Shown here one piece after another: positions 1-13,014 of a stretch of 64,000 nucleotides of DNA; the stretch's first letter is position 1; each line of letters opens with the position of its first letter. Source of the stretch: Mobula hypostoma (Eukaryota); the NCBI RefSeq assembly GCF_963921235.1, contig NC_086097.1, forward strand, positions 216,816,001 through 216,880,000, in the 5' to 3' direction. The position numbers were made by a program, and so were the translations under genes. Under the pieces are notes generated by a model. The model did not search any database, was not told the DNA's origin, and saw only the letters and a list, made by a program, of their open reading frames with translations.

Positions 1-84
1 CTTTGTCACAAAATGCTTTTTACAGATCCTAGTGTTCAGGTTTCATGAGGATTCTCCACCCTTTTCACTGTAATTAGAGTCAAA

Positions 85-975
85 GGGCAATACAGCACAG
101 AAAAAAAGCCAAACTGTTGTTCTACTTAGTCCTATTGACCCATACCTGGACCATAGCCATCCACACCCAAACCTCTCTCAAATGTTGCAATCAAACCCAC
201 ATCCAACACCTCCACTGATAGCTCGTTCCACCCTCGCGCTGCCATCTGAGTGAAGAAGATCCCCCCCCCCCCCGGCAGGTTACCTTTAAATACATCACCT
301 TTCACCCTTGACTTTTGACCTCTACTTCTGATCTCGCCCAACATCAGTGGGAAAAACTCTGCTTGTATTTACCCTGTCTATACCACTCATAATTTTGTAT
401 ACCTCTATCAAATAAGATAAGATAAAACTTTATTTATCCTGAAGGAAATTATTGTTGCAAGGTTGCTCAGTCAGAAATATATACTTTAAAATACAAAATA
501 TGAGCATTGAGGGATGAAAAAAAATACGAAGTGTGCATTAAAAAGTAATAGTGCAAAATATAGATATGCAATCAAATCATATACTTCTATACTTAAGGAG
601 GAGGTGTTGTAGAGTCTTATAGCCACAGGGGGAAGGATTTCCTGTGGTGTTTAGTGGTGCACTTTGGTGGATTATTCCCTCATTCTTCTACCTCGAAGAA
701 ATAAAGTCTTAACCTATTCATCATTTTCCTGTAACTCAGATCCTTGAGTCTCGGCAACATCCTTTTAAATTTTCTTTATACACACAATACTCCAAATTAG
801 GCCTCATCAAAGTCTCATACAACTTCTACATAACATCACAACACCTGTACTTAATGCTTTGAACTATGAAGGCCAGTATGCCAAAAGCTCTCTATATAGC
901 CCTATCTATCTGTGACGCGACTTTTGAGGAATTATAGATCTGTATTCCAAGACCCATCTGTTTTACTGCACTCCC
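85..975 (-). mobile_element. CR1-clade LINE 3' fragment, interrupted at ~415-670 by another LINE 3' tail with (AAGAT)n end
   Basis: ORF 132..344 reads as a degenerate CR1 ORF2 C-terminus (SRGQKSRVKG..FFTQ..WNEL). Similar sequence resumes ~675-975. Confidence 0.75.
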
Positions 976-2074
976 GCACTCCTCTACCACACGGAGTCAC
1001 AAAAGACCTGAACACCAAACAAAACTACATACAGATTATTTTGTGATATTTCCTCAGGGCTGTGAAATAACTACTTTGCAGCTTTGTGAAAAAATAAGCA
1101 AAAATCACTAAATATGTATATAAAACTGAGTTATCAATTCCACCATTAATGATAAAACTTGAAGTCCAGAACAGGAAATTCCGACTATGCTAACTTTATT
1201 TGAGCAAACTGCTTTGGAAGATTGTGGAGTTGTAAGATGACTGCTTTTTGACTTGAACCAATTTTATATGTTTTCGCTGCAATCAACAGAGTAAGGCTCA
1301 TGAAGCAGTTGCATTGAGATCCTAGGATGCTGAAATCTTCCTTCCTTTGAGTGTGAATTCTCACAAAGCCAGCATGAGTTTATTTGTCTGTTTCTCCAGA
1401 GCTCAGTCTTGTAATCAATGTATGTGCTCACTGGCCTTAACCATCTGGCCCATGTCCTCTTCTCAATGTTGCTAGCAGGCAAATGATACAGGAGCTTAAA
1501 AACCCACATCTCGAGGTTCAATGTAAGCTTCTTCCCTATTGTCATTAGGTTCATGAACTGACTTTAAAAAAAACCCTAACACTACCTAGGTCTAAATTTC
1601 TCCTTCTCTCTCACTAATGTCATTATCATTTGTTGTTGTGAGGTTATATTAATTTAAGTTTATGTAAACATGTTTGTCATGTACTGTGCAGCTGCTGCAT
1701 AATGCTAACTTTCATGGCATTTATATGCAGTGTATGTATGTCTATGACAATAAACTTGAACAAAGAATTGTGCATAATTGAATCACCTATTAAAAGTAAT
1801 TCTCAATTCAATGATGTTTCCTTCAGGTTTAATAAATGTAAATAGAAAACTCAGTATCCATAACATTTGACAAATGGATTTGACTTCATGTTATTTGGCT
1901 CACTCCTGGCTCTGATTCAGGCTCTATTCCAGAGGCATGAGCATCAGTCACCTATCCCATTGCTGAATGCAGGACTTTGGTCTGCCAACTTTCTGCCACG
2001 TTTCTCTGTTTACAATAGTTATTATAATTCAAGATATCTTAATTGCCTGTGAAGTGCTTTAGGACAGCTATTGT

Positions 2075-2278
2075 CGCCAAAGGTAGTGACATCTTCCTGT
2101 CCGTGCCTTGTGGCGCATTGGGTGGCAGCATTTGTCTGTTTTTTTATATGAGGCCATGTTGCTAGCTCGACGCTCTACTCTGCACGAATGGAAAGTGTGC
2201 AAGGAGCCAGTCAGATTCAAACCGGGGACCATTCGCCTCGAAGTCCGGCGCGGATGCCACGACACCACCAGACGGCAC
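2075..2278 (-). mobile_element. tRNA-derived SINE
   Basis: Minus-strand head has A-box-like TGGTGTCGTGG and B-box-like GGTTTGAATCT. CpG-rich ~200-bp unit in AT-rich flanks. Confidence 0.6.
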
Positions 2279-2854
2279 TAAAAGTATTACGTATATATAA
2301 TTATTTGTTTTCAATAGATTCCAATGTAAATAGTTCCCAATGTTTGAGGGAGACTTTTAGTCAGCTAAGGACATGACAAAGCAGATGGTTTCCTTCAGTG
2401 GCATAATTTCTGTGATTCTATGGTATGGATTTAAAAGAAACTCATGGTTGTACTATGAAAGGCAATCCTATTTTAATTGCGGCAGTTGACTAAAGTTCAC
2501 AGAAGCAGGGAAAACAGAGGGTTGGCTTACCAGAATGTCTGTGTCCGTCTTAAGAGGACATAGACGTTTGCTGAACTCTCTTTTCAAAAGAGAGTTCAGT
2601 AAGAAACAAAAATGAAAGAAAGTGGTTACATTGGAGTAGCTGTAAACTTGAGTCTGTGGCACCGTAATTTCAGAAGATAGTTACTTTGATTTTCTTCTTG
2701 GCTTCCGATATAACCTCTCCAAGTTTTAAAAATCATCTTGGGAGAAAAACCTTCCAGATTGCGTCAGATGCTATACTTTCCAGTATTTTTGGCTTAAGTA
2801 GTGTCACTTTTCTTCAGCAGCAAAGGTCATTGGTTATGCCAGTAGCTAGATTTA

Positions 2855-3030
2855 TATTTATGGAGGGAAATAAACAATTGATGTTTTGGGCGACACCCTT
2901 CATCAGGGTCTCAGCCTGAAACTCTGGCTGTTGGTTTTCCTTAATAGATGTTGCCTGACCTGCTATGTTCCTCCAGTATTTTGTTTGTGCTGCTCAAGAT
3001 TTTCAGCATCTGCAGAATCACTTGTGTCAC
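2855..3030. repeat. Degenerate Penelope-derived palindromic element
   Basis: Matches the 42744-42999 family (cccttcatcagggtctcagcctgaaac...ttcagcatctgcagaa). Confidence 0.6.
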
Positions 3031-4341
3031 TAGATTTCTGTTTGTTATTAGATTCTGATATATTGTTATATTGTTATGTTGGTGTTCCAAAGACACTTCT
3101 TATCTAACTTGGCACAACATTATCTATTAGTGGTGTCAGTATCTTCTGCTGTTTCCTTTATTTAAGTTAAAAACACTTATTGTATTTCACCAAGTACACA
3201 GTTTGTTTCAGAAGACTTTTTGTTTTGTCAAGGAATGGAGGAACAGGGGTGTGAACTCTATTTCCAAGTTCCTGAAAGCTGTACTGCTGTGAGGATATTC
3301 AAATGGACCAATGTGGACAATGAGTTTTGGGAAGGAAGGATCCAGCAAAATTGGAAGGAATATTGATCTGGGCATGCTTCACGATCTTCCAGTAACTGGC
3401 TCAATGTTTCTGCAGTGGAGCCCTTGGAATAATAATTCTTCTTCTAAGAATCCCAAAATTGGAAGCAGACTAGAGGAAATTAATACAAAAAAGCAAAACA
3501 AAATACACATTTTTGCTGGAATTATATTGAACCCATAGGTTACATGGGATACATTGCATAGACACTGAACATTCAGCCTAAATAGTGTATTTTGCTCTGA
3601 GTGACCCTCTGCCCACCTTTCCTCATCTAAATCAATCAGCATACATTCTTTTCCTTTTTCCCAAGAACTCTTTTCTAGCCTGAGAAAAGAGGCTATTGTG
3701 TAATGAGTAATAGTGTGTCAGTGGGGCAGAGAACGGAGCCTGCTGAAGTCCTCTTGGGTGGACATGATGTTTAGCATTGAGAAATTGGACAATGGGGTTG
3801 AGATGTCAAATGCAGAATTAAATGTTTCAGGCATACAGTACAGACAGGCATTTAGGAATGGAAATGATTAGTTGAGGGTGCGGAGTTTCGACGTGTGATT
3901 GACTGTTGAGTTGGGGTTTGGACAGGTGATAGAACCAAAGCACAGGTTGGGGAGAGAAAGGTAGCTGGAAGTGAGGGAGATGGAACAGTAGTGGAACCTT
4001 TGCTAAAATTTCCAGACAACACATTCCAGTGATTAGGATTTAGTATCAGGAGTCCACATTCGTAAAACCTGCCCTGAAGTATCAACTTAGTAATTCAAAC
4101 ATAAATTTTTGTCAAAGCTGCAATCTGATCACTGTGGAAAGTGCTGCATTGCAGGGTTAGAGAAGAAGCAGAAGTAACTGACAGACAAAAAAAACAACTT
4201 TCTAACTTGCTAACCTGCAGCTAGTAAGAAATTTTAGGTAAAAAAAATGAGCCCTATGAATTTAAAAGGGAAGACTCAACATAGAGTAGTACTGAGCTTG
4301 AGTGTCATTGATATTCAGTCTCAACTAAAACAGATACATAT

Positions 4342-4530
4342 ACACAAGAGATTCTCAGATGCTGGAAATCCAGAGTAACACACCCAAAATGCTGGAGGAG
4401 CTCAGCAGGTCAGGCAGCATCTACGGAAAAGAATAAAGAGTCGATGTATCAGGCTGAGACCCTCAGCCCAAAATGTCAACAGTTTATTCCTTTCCATAGA
4501 TGCTGCATGACCAGCTGAGTTCCTCCAGCA
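4342..4530. repeat. Degenerate Penelope-derived palindromic element
   Basis: Inverted arms tgctggaggagctcagc...gctgagttcctccagca; same family as 42744. Confidence 0.75.
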
Positions 4531-4789
4531 GATACAATGAGATATTTCCCCCCAAACATTTCAGATTCATCAGTTTCTTAGCATTCGGCAAATGTTTCAC
4601 CTCTTGGAGGAGAGAAGGTGACGGGGGAGGGGTTTGTAGGAAAAGCTCTGTCGGTTAATTAGAGCACAGTACGGACAGTTAATGTGGATATTTCTCCAGG
4701 CTGGAGAAGATGACAGCTGAAATGTGTATGAACATAGCAATGTAAACACGTGGCAGTAAGAAGAACAGCAGAAAATTACATTTTGCATG

Positions 4790-5683
4790 TGACTGCACAA
4801 CCAAACAGCCGAGCAATCACATCATCAAGTTTGTGGATGACATGTTGGTGGTGGGGCTCATCACCAACAACCATGAGGTGGCCTACTCCGGGCTTGGTGT
4901 CAGGCAAATAACCTCTTTGTTAACGTCAACAAGACAAAGGATATGGTTATTGACTACAGGAGAGCTCACAGCACTCACTTCCCCCCTTTTCATTGGCGGC
5001 ACAGCAGTGGAACTGCAAGCAGTTTCAATCACGTCATACACAAGCTCTCATGGTCCCACAGCACATCCTACACAGTCAGAAAAGCTCATCCACACCTCTA
5101 CTTTCTGAGGAGGCTGAAGAGAGCTGGAATGTGCACATCCATACTCACGCCACTCTGCAGGTGGGCAGCAGAGAACATCCTGGCAGTCTGCATCACTGCA
5201 CGGTACGGAAACGGCTCTGCGGCAGACAGGAAGACTCCACAACAGGTAGTCAAAACTGCCCAATGCATCACCAGCACCAGTCTACCCTCCATCAATGACA
5301 AATATACAGAAAGGTGCTGGAAAAGGGTCAGTAGCATCAGGAAAGATCCCACCCACCCAGCTTACGGACAGTTTGTCCCACTCCCATGAGGGAGAAGGCT
5401 GTGTAGCATCCACATCAGGACCACCAGACTCAAAAACAGCTACTTTCCTCGAGCAGAAAAACCAATCCACACCTCCTCCTACTACTTCACTGGTTCCTGT
5501 TGGTCACCTTATGTAAAGCCTACTGGCATCTTATGGACATACAATGAATCTATTTATGTACTGCAAGTTATGTTATGTATTTACATTTATTGTGTTTTTT
5601 ATCTTCTGTGCAGCATCAGATCGGAATAACATTTCGTTCTCCTTAACACATACAGGAAATTACATTAAACAATCTTGAATCTT
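4790..5683 (+). mobile_element. Rex1/Babar-type LINE, 5'-truncated
   Basis: RT end (KFVDD) and C-terminus 'LYFLRRLKRAG...WYGN-like...DPTHP' (ORF 4943..5389); (ATCTTGA)n-like tail. Confidence 0.75.
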
Positions 5684-6579
5684 ACAGACAAGTATGCATA
5701 AAATCAACAAGAGGACTTGCCATGCACCTAATCTCTGTCATGTTCCAATATCAGAGTCAATTAATCTTTACAATGCTTACTGTATATTTGCGGTACTAAC
5801 CATATGTTCCTGTTTAATCAACTAAATAGGCAAAGATAATGTGAAGGTTATATTGGAGACAGCATTTTGTCTGGCATAGGTATGAAAAATTCTGAACATT
5901 ACTATACTCTGCCTGTTCAACAACTAATTATTAATCCTTAAGTATACAATTGGTATGTAGAACTGGGGCTTTGGGGTGGTGAGTAGGCGGAATAATCATG
6001 GAATCATTGTGAGCTGTAGAACTGAAAGAAGTGATGTATCCACTCATGCCTCTGCTGGCTCTTTTCATAAGCTGCCATGCTTCGTCTCTCGTCTCTTTAA
6101 TCATGCACTTAATTCAAAAATGTCTCCCCTTTTGAAATAACTCATGGAATCAGCAGCCAGAACATCTTTTCAGGTAAAATGTACCAGATATCATCAGATT
6201 TTAAAAAGAGAGAAATTTATATTTATACTGCAACCTTCATGACATTCTTACACACTTGACAACAGTGAAGTGACAGGTACACCTCAGTCAATTTCACACA
6301 AGCACAACTGTCATCACAAGCAGGTAATGTGTATTGGTGTTGTTGATGATGATGAAATAATGGCTGTAGCACTGAGGACAACATTCGGGCTCTTCAGAAT
6401 GATGCCACATTCCTTCTAGTCTGAGAGAGCAGAGAAAGTTCTCGGTTTAATGACACGGGAATTCCCACAGGTCCAGCCTAGGCTTTTGTTCTCGGGTCTC
6501 TTGTGCGGGTCCTGAATTGTGACGGAGGTGACAATATTACAGACTGAATGACAGACAGATGTAGGATGTACCTTTTTTA

Positions 6580-6850
6580 AATTTAGAGATGCAGCACAGA
6601 ACAGGCCCTTCCGACCCCATGAGCTGAGCATCCCGGCAAGCGACCTATTCAACATCAGCCGAATCACAGGACAATTTGCAATGACCAAACCACCTACTAA
6701 CTGGACTGTGGGAAGAAACGGGAGCACCTGGAGGAGACCCACGTGATCCCAGGGAAAACACAAACCTCTTAAAGGCGGCACCAGAATTGGACTCCGATGA
6801 CCCAAGAAGTCATTGCACCGCGTTAACTACAATGCTACTGTGGTACCCCC
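6580..6850 (-). mobile_element. V-domain (HE1-like) SINE with CR1-like 3' tail
   Basis: V-core gggtctcctccaggtgctcccgtttcttcccac on minus strand. The tail cacagaacaggcccttc resembles CR1 3' ends at ~27140 and ~63330. Confidence 0.7.
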
Positions 6851-7123
6851 TTGTTCCGTTGATAGTGCATTCTGAGTTAACCCATTTATGTGATTTAGCA
6901 TTTAAATAAGCAAAAAATGAAATGGCTATAAAAACAGCAAACACTGGGAGTACTCAGCAAGTCAAGCAGCATCAATGGAGGGTGAAATAAAGGTACAGTT
7001 GAGGACCTCTCATCAGAACAGTTACATTAATAAATAACAATTAGATTTTGTACAATTCATCTTGTAGATAAATCCGACATGTACCTTACTGCTTCATTTT
7101 TTAAAGTTTCTTTATTTATTAGT

Positions 7124-7985
7124 TATGACTCCCCCCCCCCCCACCACCGGAACTGTATGCAGACTTGGCTCATTGGCTGGCTCTGCAAACAGCCACGGGA
7201 CTCAGCAGTGAGAAGGCCACCGTTACAAACAATATACGTCTAGGGTCAGTACGATTTGAGGTTCATCCAAGCAGGAATGTCATGATGTTCCGATTGAAGA
7301 AACCTCGATTTGAACGAGCGCTGTGTAAATACTGCCCATGCACAATTATCGGTCAGCAAGAAATAACAAATCGTACGCTGCATCAAATTATAAAGAAAAT
7401 ATATTTGCAGATTTCAGCTTTATCAAACAGTTAGTAGGAAAGAGAAAAGAAAAATCAATAAAAAAAGGCCCATTACAGTTAAACCAGTCCAATGAGCACA
7501 TCAAGTTGGATCTCATCCTGGAGTTGGCTTTTACTCACTCGCTGGGCACACAGTCTGCGTAAAAGCACACACCACATTCTGAACATTGCTTGAAATCCAT
7601 CTCAACCAAATGGGCTCTGTCTTGGGAGTATTGGCCCTTCTTCCCTGGAGCCATTCATCTACACAAAGCACTTTGTGCAATGGGGATGCTCCTTCCCGCA
7701 GCATTCTGAGGCTTCTTCCCTCCGATCCTCTCCAGAACGCATGCCAAAAAGACCCCGAACCAGACCACTGTCCATCACAATCTCCCTCTGCCTCACTCTC
7801 TCTAAAACTTTCTCCCGATTCCACCATCCTGATTGGCTGACACAACATTCCTAAGTTGAACAACAGGGCTTCTTACCTCTCGCCAAAACCAAAACATTCT
7901 ACCAGCAGGACACACTGCTTTTGCAGAAACTGCTAAAATGAAATATCTACAGCATAGCAGTAGAAATCTTAACCAGGGCGTTACA
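7124..7985 (-). mobile_element. Gypsy-type 3' LTR
   Basis: On the minus strand a polypurine tract (ttagtggaggaagag, 7986-8000) is followed directly by TGTAAC at 7985. CCAAT motif inside. The distal end (~7124) is approximate. Confidence 0.65.
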
Positions 7986-8870
7986 CTCTTCCTCCACTAA
8001 AAATAGTCATGTCCATATGAGTTTTGAAACTTATTAGACCATTATAAATAACACAGTATTCAAATTAATTTCTTGATTTCGGGACCCGCAATCCAGTTGT
8101 AAATGGAAGTAGCATATCTCACCATGGGAATGGACACAACACTTTGTTTCCAAGGTACATCTTCTGTCAGCCTAGCTAGGGGTTTCATGATTCTCTGAGA
8201 CTTCCTTATCTCATATTTAGCTTCTACAGCTTCAACCACTCCTTGTGACCCTCCCTGTCTGTCACTCATACCTCTGGCAGCTCAGGTCCCCCTGCTCCAT
8301 GACTGAACTTAGCTTCCTTCAGTTTAAGCAAATGCTGCTGAACCTCTTCAACCTCTGCTGGTGCTAACTGGTGAGCCCTCTCTCAGAAATGGGTGTTCTA
8401 GGTCACTCTAGTAGTGTGGTAAGTTCTTTTGGAGCCACCAACATCAGACTTGTCAGTAGAGAAGGCAGCTTTGTGTTCCAACATCTTCTCAGATAATCTC
8501 CTTTTCCATTCCTCGGGCATCGGTGAGTCACCAAAGTTGTATGACTTTGATGTCGACTTACTCGATCAAGGAGATGGCTTCTCTTCTGATTCCCCCAGAA
8601 AACAAGACGCTGCTATCACAGGAAAAAGAGGGGCAATTGGCACCCGACGTCTGAGGGTAACATCTCTCCGTGAGGTGTTACTGATGATCACTTTCATCTG
8701 TTTATGTAGGCAGCCGAAAATTGCTGCAGTTCAGGTCTCACCAGCACTCCCGCGGGTAAGTGTGACTCTTCTTCCTGATCATCAGGAGCATCCACCTGGA
8801 TGGCTGAGGCACTGGGTGTCCTGGCAGATTTGGAGTTCCTGTCCCTGTCACTCTAGCTACTCCTCCAGGA
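7986..8870 (-). mobile_element. Internally deleted Gypsy pol remnant
   Basis: Minus frame reads NFGDSPMPEEWKRRLSEKML...LAPAEVEEVQQHLLKLKEA (pre-RT linker), then jumps to IRKSQRIMKPLARLT (pol-end motif) and the PPT. Contains stops. Confidence 0.65.
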
Positions 8871-9928
8871 TGTAACATGACAGTTTAGACTGGGTGCACC
8901 ACACAGTTTCTCATTTCCACTCAGGGCATTGTAGTTAAAATTAGGTAATCTTTTCTGCAAAGTTATAGATTGTAAAGTCTTGAAGCTAAACAGCACCTGA
9001 AGCTTAGTGACCTGCATACTAGTGTAACATGCTAAATAATGAATATTGGAAATGACTAAAACAAATAAAAATACATAATTATGCCCTTACAAAGCCCTTT
9101 TAAACTCCTATACCAGGAGTCTTCTCATTTGCAACCAAATATCATATCAGATTTACATAACGACTTTCACTTCATCAGGATGTCCTATCCAGCCAGTGAA
9201 GCACAATCAAACAATTGAACCACTGTTGTTTTCTAGGCAAATGATGTTGTAAATTTGTAAGATTACACAAGCAATGATCATACATGCAGTTAATATATCC
9301 AAAATTCTCTGTCTTTTTTATTGGAATACATGTGATCCCACCTGAACAGGTAGAACATGTAATTTTGATAGCCCTTCCAAGAGATACTAATTCCAATAAT
9401 CCCATGTTCCCCTTGTAATCTACACTTTAATCCTTGGTAGGTTAAAACTTTCAACCAACATTTCAAAAACAAGGTTGATATAACTACATTAACCTGTCAC
9501 TTTTCCACAAGAGCTGTCTACTTTTCTTTCCCTCTACAATAAGGAAACATCAATGTTCAAATAATTGGGCAAGTATTCATTCTATAGCCCTTTTTTTCAA
9601 TATGTGACTTTTAATGGGCCTCACTGTAACTAAACACTGAAGAGAAAGAAGTGTACTGACATTCAAGAAGCAAAAAATGGAAGCTCAATCAAACTACCAG
9701 TGGATTGAAATGGTATAAAGAAGAGAAATGAGCTGAAATATGTAACATCAGAATTCCTTTCAACAGAAGCTCTAATAAAAAAGCATAATGTTGACATGTG
9801 AGAACTTGTGACATCAAGGCAAGAAATGCAGCAAATATATGTGAAGGTCTAAGCACAAACTGCATTTCACAGTGCTAGCAACTTGAATTACACCCTTCCA
9901 GTGCTCCAAGCCACACCACCCAGACATC

Positions 9929-10745
9929 ACACATCAAAGTTGCTGGTGAACGCAGCAGGCCAAGCAGCATCTCTAGGAAGAGGTACAGTCGACGTTTCGG
10001 GCCGAGACCCTTCGTCGGGACTAACTGAAAGAAGAGCTAGTAAGAGATTTGAAAGGGAGAGGGGGAAGGGGAGATCCAAAATAATAGGAGAAGACAGGAG
10101 GGGGAGGGATGGAGCCAAGAGCTGGACAGGTGATTGGCAAAAGGGATATGAAAGGATCATGGGACAGGAGGCCCAGGGAGAAAGAAAAGGGGGAGGGGGG
10201 GAACCCAGAGGATGGGCAAGGGGTATAGTGAGAGGGACAGAGGGAGAAAAAGGAGAGAGAGAGAAAGAATGTGTGTATATAAATAAATAACGGATGGGGT
10301 ATGAGGGGGAGGTGGGGCATTAGCAGAAGTTTGAGGTCAATGTTCATGCCATCAGGTTGGAGGTCTTTCTCTCTCTCTCCTTTTTCTCCCTCTGTCCCTC
10401 TCACTATACCCCTTGCCCATCCTCTGGGTTTCCCCCCCCTCTCCCTTTTCCTTCTCCCTGGGCCTTCTGTCCCGTGATCCTCTCATATCCCTTTTGCCAA
10501 TCACCTGTCCAGCTCTTGGCTCCATCCCTCCCTATTCTGTGTCCTCCTATCATTTTGGATCTCCCCCTCCCCCTCCCACTTTCAAATCTCTTACTAGCTC
10601 TTCTTTCAGTTAGACCTGACGAAGGGTCTCAGCCTGAAACATCCACTGTACCTCTTCCTAGAGATGCTGCCTGGCCTGCTGCGTTCACCAGCAACTTTGA
10701 TGTGCGTTGCTTGAATTTCCAGCATCTGCAGAATTCCTCGTGTTT
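9929..10745. mobile_element. Penelope-like element insertion as long inverted repeat (arms ~9929-10268 and ~10364-10704)
   Basis: ~340-bp inverted arms. The spacer encodes the PLE ORF end LQPDGMNID (-). 13-bp TSD ccacccagacatc at 9916-9928 and 10749-10761. Confidence 0.85.
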
Positions 10746-10761
10746 CCGCCACCCAGACATC

Positions 10762-10980
10762 CCCTGATTTAATGCTAGCCTAATCATGGGACAATTTACA
10801 ATGACCAATTAACCTACCAAACAGTACCATCTTTGGACCATGGGATGAAACTGGAGCACCCAGAGGAAACCCACGCATTCATGGGGAGAACATACAATCT
10901 CCTCACAGGCGGTGGAGGAACTGAGCCCGGGTTGCGTGTACTGTAAAGCGTTGTGCTCACCACTACGTTACCGTGCCTCC
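10762..10980 (-). mobile_element. V-domain (HE1-like) SINE
   Basis: tRNA-like head ggcacggtaacgtagtgg...cagttcc and V-core gggtttcctctgggtgctccagtttc on minus strand. Confidence 0.8.
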
Positions 10981-12019
10981 CCCCATAAACGTTTGTCCCA
11001 ACGAAATAAATATAATTGAAGTGAATTACCAATCTGAATGATTTTTGTACTTCTGATTGCCTTACTCATTTTCACTAAGGCCCAAACCATGTACTGAGAC
11101 TCTGAAAAAGTATTTTGCAGCCTTCAGAATGACTGAGAGGCTCAAAACATAAACATCTTAAAATCAATTGAAATGGGAATAGATTTTTTACCTGACTGAG
11201 AAATTAAATTCTCCAGGGAACAGCCAATTAACAACATGAAAAATAATGGAGCTGAGGAAAACACGATTCTCTATGTGCTATAGCACAATTATAAACATGA
11301 AAAAAGAGCAAGAAATGAAAATGAATAACTTTAAAATAAAAGCTAGGGCAGGACTGAGTGACTTTGGAGGGGCCAGAAACTATCAAAGTAGACAGAAAAT
11401 ATCAATGTTCAAAAGTTGAAAGTTCATTTATTATCAAATACTGTATACAGCCTTGAGAATCATCTCCTCACAGGCACCATGAAATAAGGAAACCCCACAG
11501 AACCCATTAAAAACAAAGAAGTCCATCAAACACCCAATGTGCAGAGAGAGAGAAAAAAAAACAAATCATACAAACAATAAAAGCAAGCAAACTGCATCCA
11601 GAACTGTAGAATACGTGAAATGTGAGAGGTTCAACCTGTATAGGTGCTGCTTGCTTAAAAAAAACATTGTCGCTGGGGCGAGACGGTGAACAAATTTTAC
11701 AAGTGATCTTTGTTCCCCTTCAGTGATGATGATAACTGAGAATAGCAGGAGTTGAACAAGGATAGTTTATATACACTCATATTCCTTTTCAAAGCATGGC
11801 TATTTGCTTTCCCCATCAAAAAATGGAAACTTTTCTCCAAAAATATCCCTGTTATTTTACTGTAGCATCAATGAATTTTAAGGATGTAAATAGAAAAATT
11901 GAAAACTTTTATCAATATGCAGAAAAGGAGAAGTAACTGCAAATACAACTAAAAATAGGGCAGGATGCATATTTTTAAAATGAGGGGTTGCTTGTAGATA
12001 ATTTGTGTGAAATTGCCAC

Positions 12020-12735
12020 CTTTTCATTGAGGGATCAGAAGTGGAGAGAGTGAGCAATTCCTGGGCATCAATATCTCTGAGGATCTAACCTGGTCCTAAC
12101 AAATCAATAAAGAAGGCAAGACAGTAGCTATATTTCATTAGGAGTTTGAGATTTGGTTTGTTACCTAAAACACTCAAAAACTTCTACAGATGTACTGTGG
12201 AGAACATTCTGACAGGCTGTATCACCATCTGGTATGGGGGGGGGGGTAGGTGGGGCTACTACACGGGACCGAAAGAAGCTACAGAAAGTTGTAAAATTTG
12301 ACAGCTCCATCATGGGTACCAGCCTCCGTAATATTCAAGACATCTTCAAGGAGTGGTGCCTCAGAAAAGTGATGTCCATAATTAAAGCCGTCCGCTCCCC
12401 CCCGCCACCCCAATCACCCAGGACATGCCCTCTCCTCATTGTCACCATCAGGAAGGAGGTGCAGAAGTCTGAAGGCACACACTCAGTGATTCAGGAACAG
12501 CTTCTTCCCCACTGCCATCCAATTTCTAAACGGATATTGAACCCATGAACATTACCTCACTTTAAAAAAAAGTATTTCTGTCTTTCCGCTACTACTTTTT
12601 AATTTAACTATTTAATATACATATATGCTTACTATAATTCATCTTTTCTGTGTTTATCATGTACTACTGCTGCTAAGTTAACAATTTTCACGATGTATGC
12701 CGGTGATATTAAACCTGATTCAGATTCTGATAATA
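12020..12735 (+). mobile_element. Rex1/Babar-type LINE 3' fragment
   Basis: DRKKLQKVVK..SSIMGTSL..IQDIFKE motif; (CTGATT)n-like tail. Confidence 0.8.
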
Positions 12736-12839
12736 TTCTGGAAAAATGAATAATTAAGTATCAACAGAGGGAACAAGTGTGTGGACATATATCGTTCAAA
12801 TTATTCTTTTGCCTGATAGTTTACAGTAGCTAGTTATTA

Positions 12840-12990
12840 ATCAGTATGTCTTTGGATTGTGGGAGGAAACAAGAGCATCTGAAGGGAACCATCTGAGTCA
12901 CAGGAAGAACATTCAAACTCCACCCATGGCCAGGATTGAACCCAGTTCCTTCATCTGTGAGATAATATCACCAACTGCTGTATCACCGTG
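12840..12990 (-). mobile_element. V-domain SINE, degenerate
   Basis: tctttggattgtgggaggaaac..gagca..ggattgaacccag is the reverse complement of the V-core and B box. Confidence 0.6.
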
Positions 12991-13014
12991 TCCCTCACCT
13001 ATTGGGAATCATTA

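Noticed and set aside
7531..7863. 110-aa ORF and nearby CCAAT boxes as a host gene or promoter
   Set aside because: Lies within the inferred Gypsy LTR downstream of a PPT.
9883..10767. Mirror-image ORFs of 127-136 aa
   Set aside because: Low-complexity products of the inverted GA/CT-rich arms.
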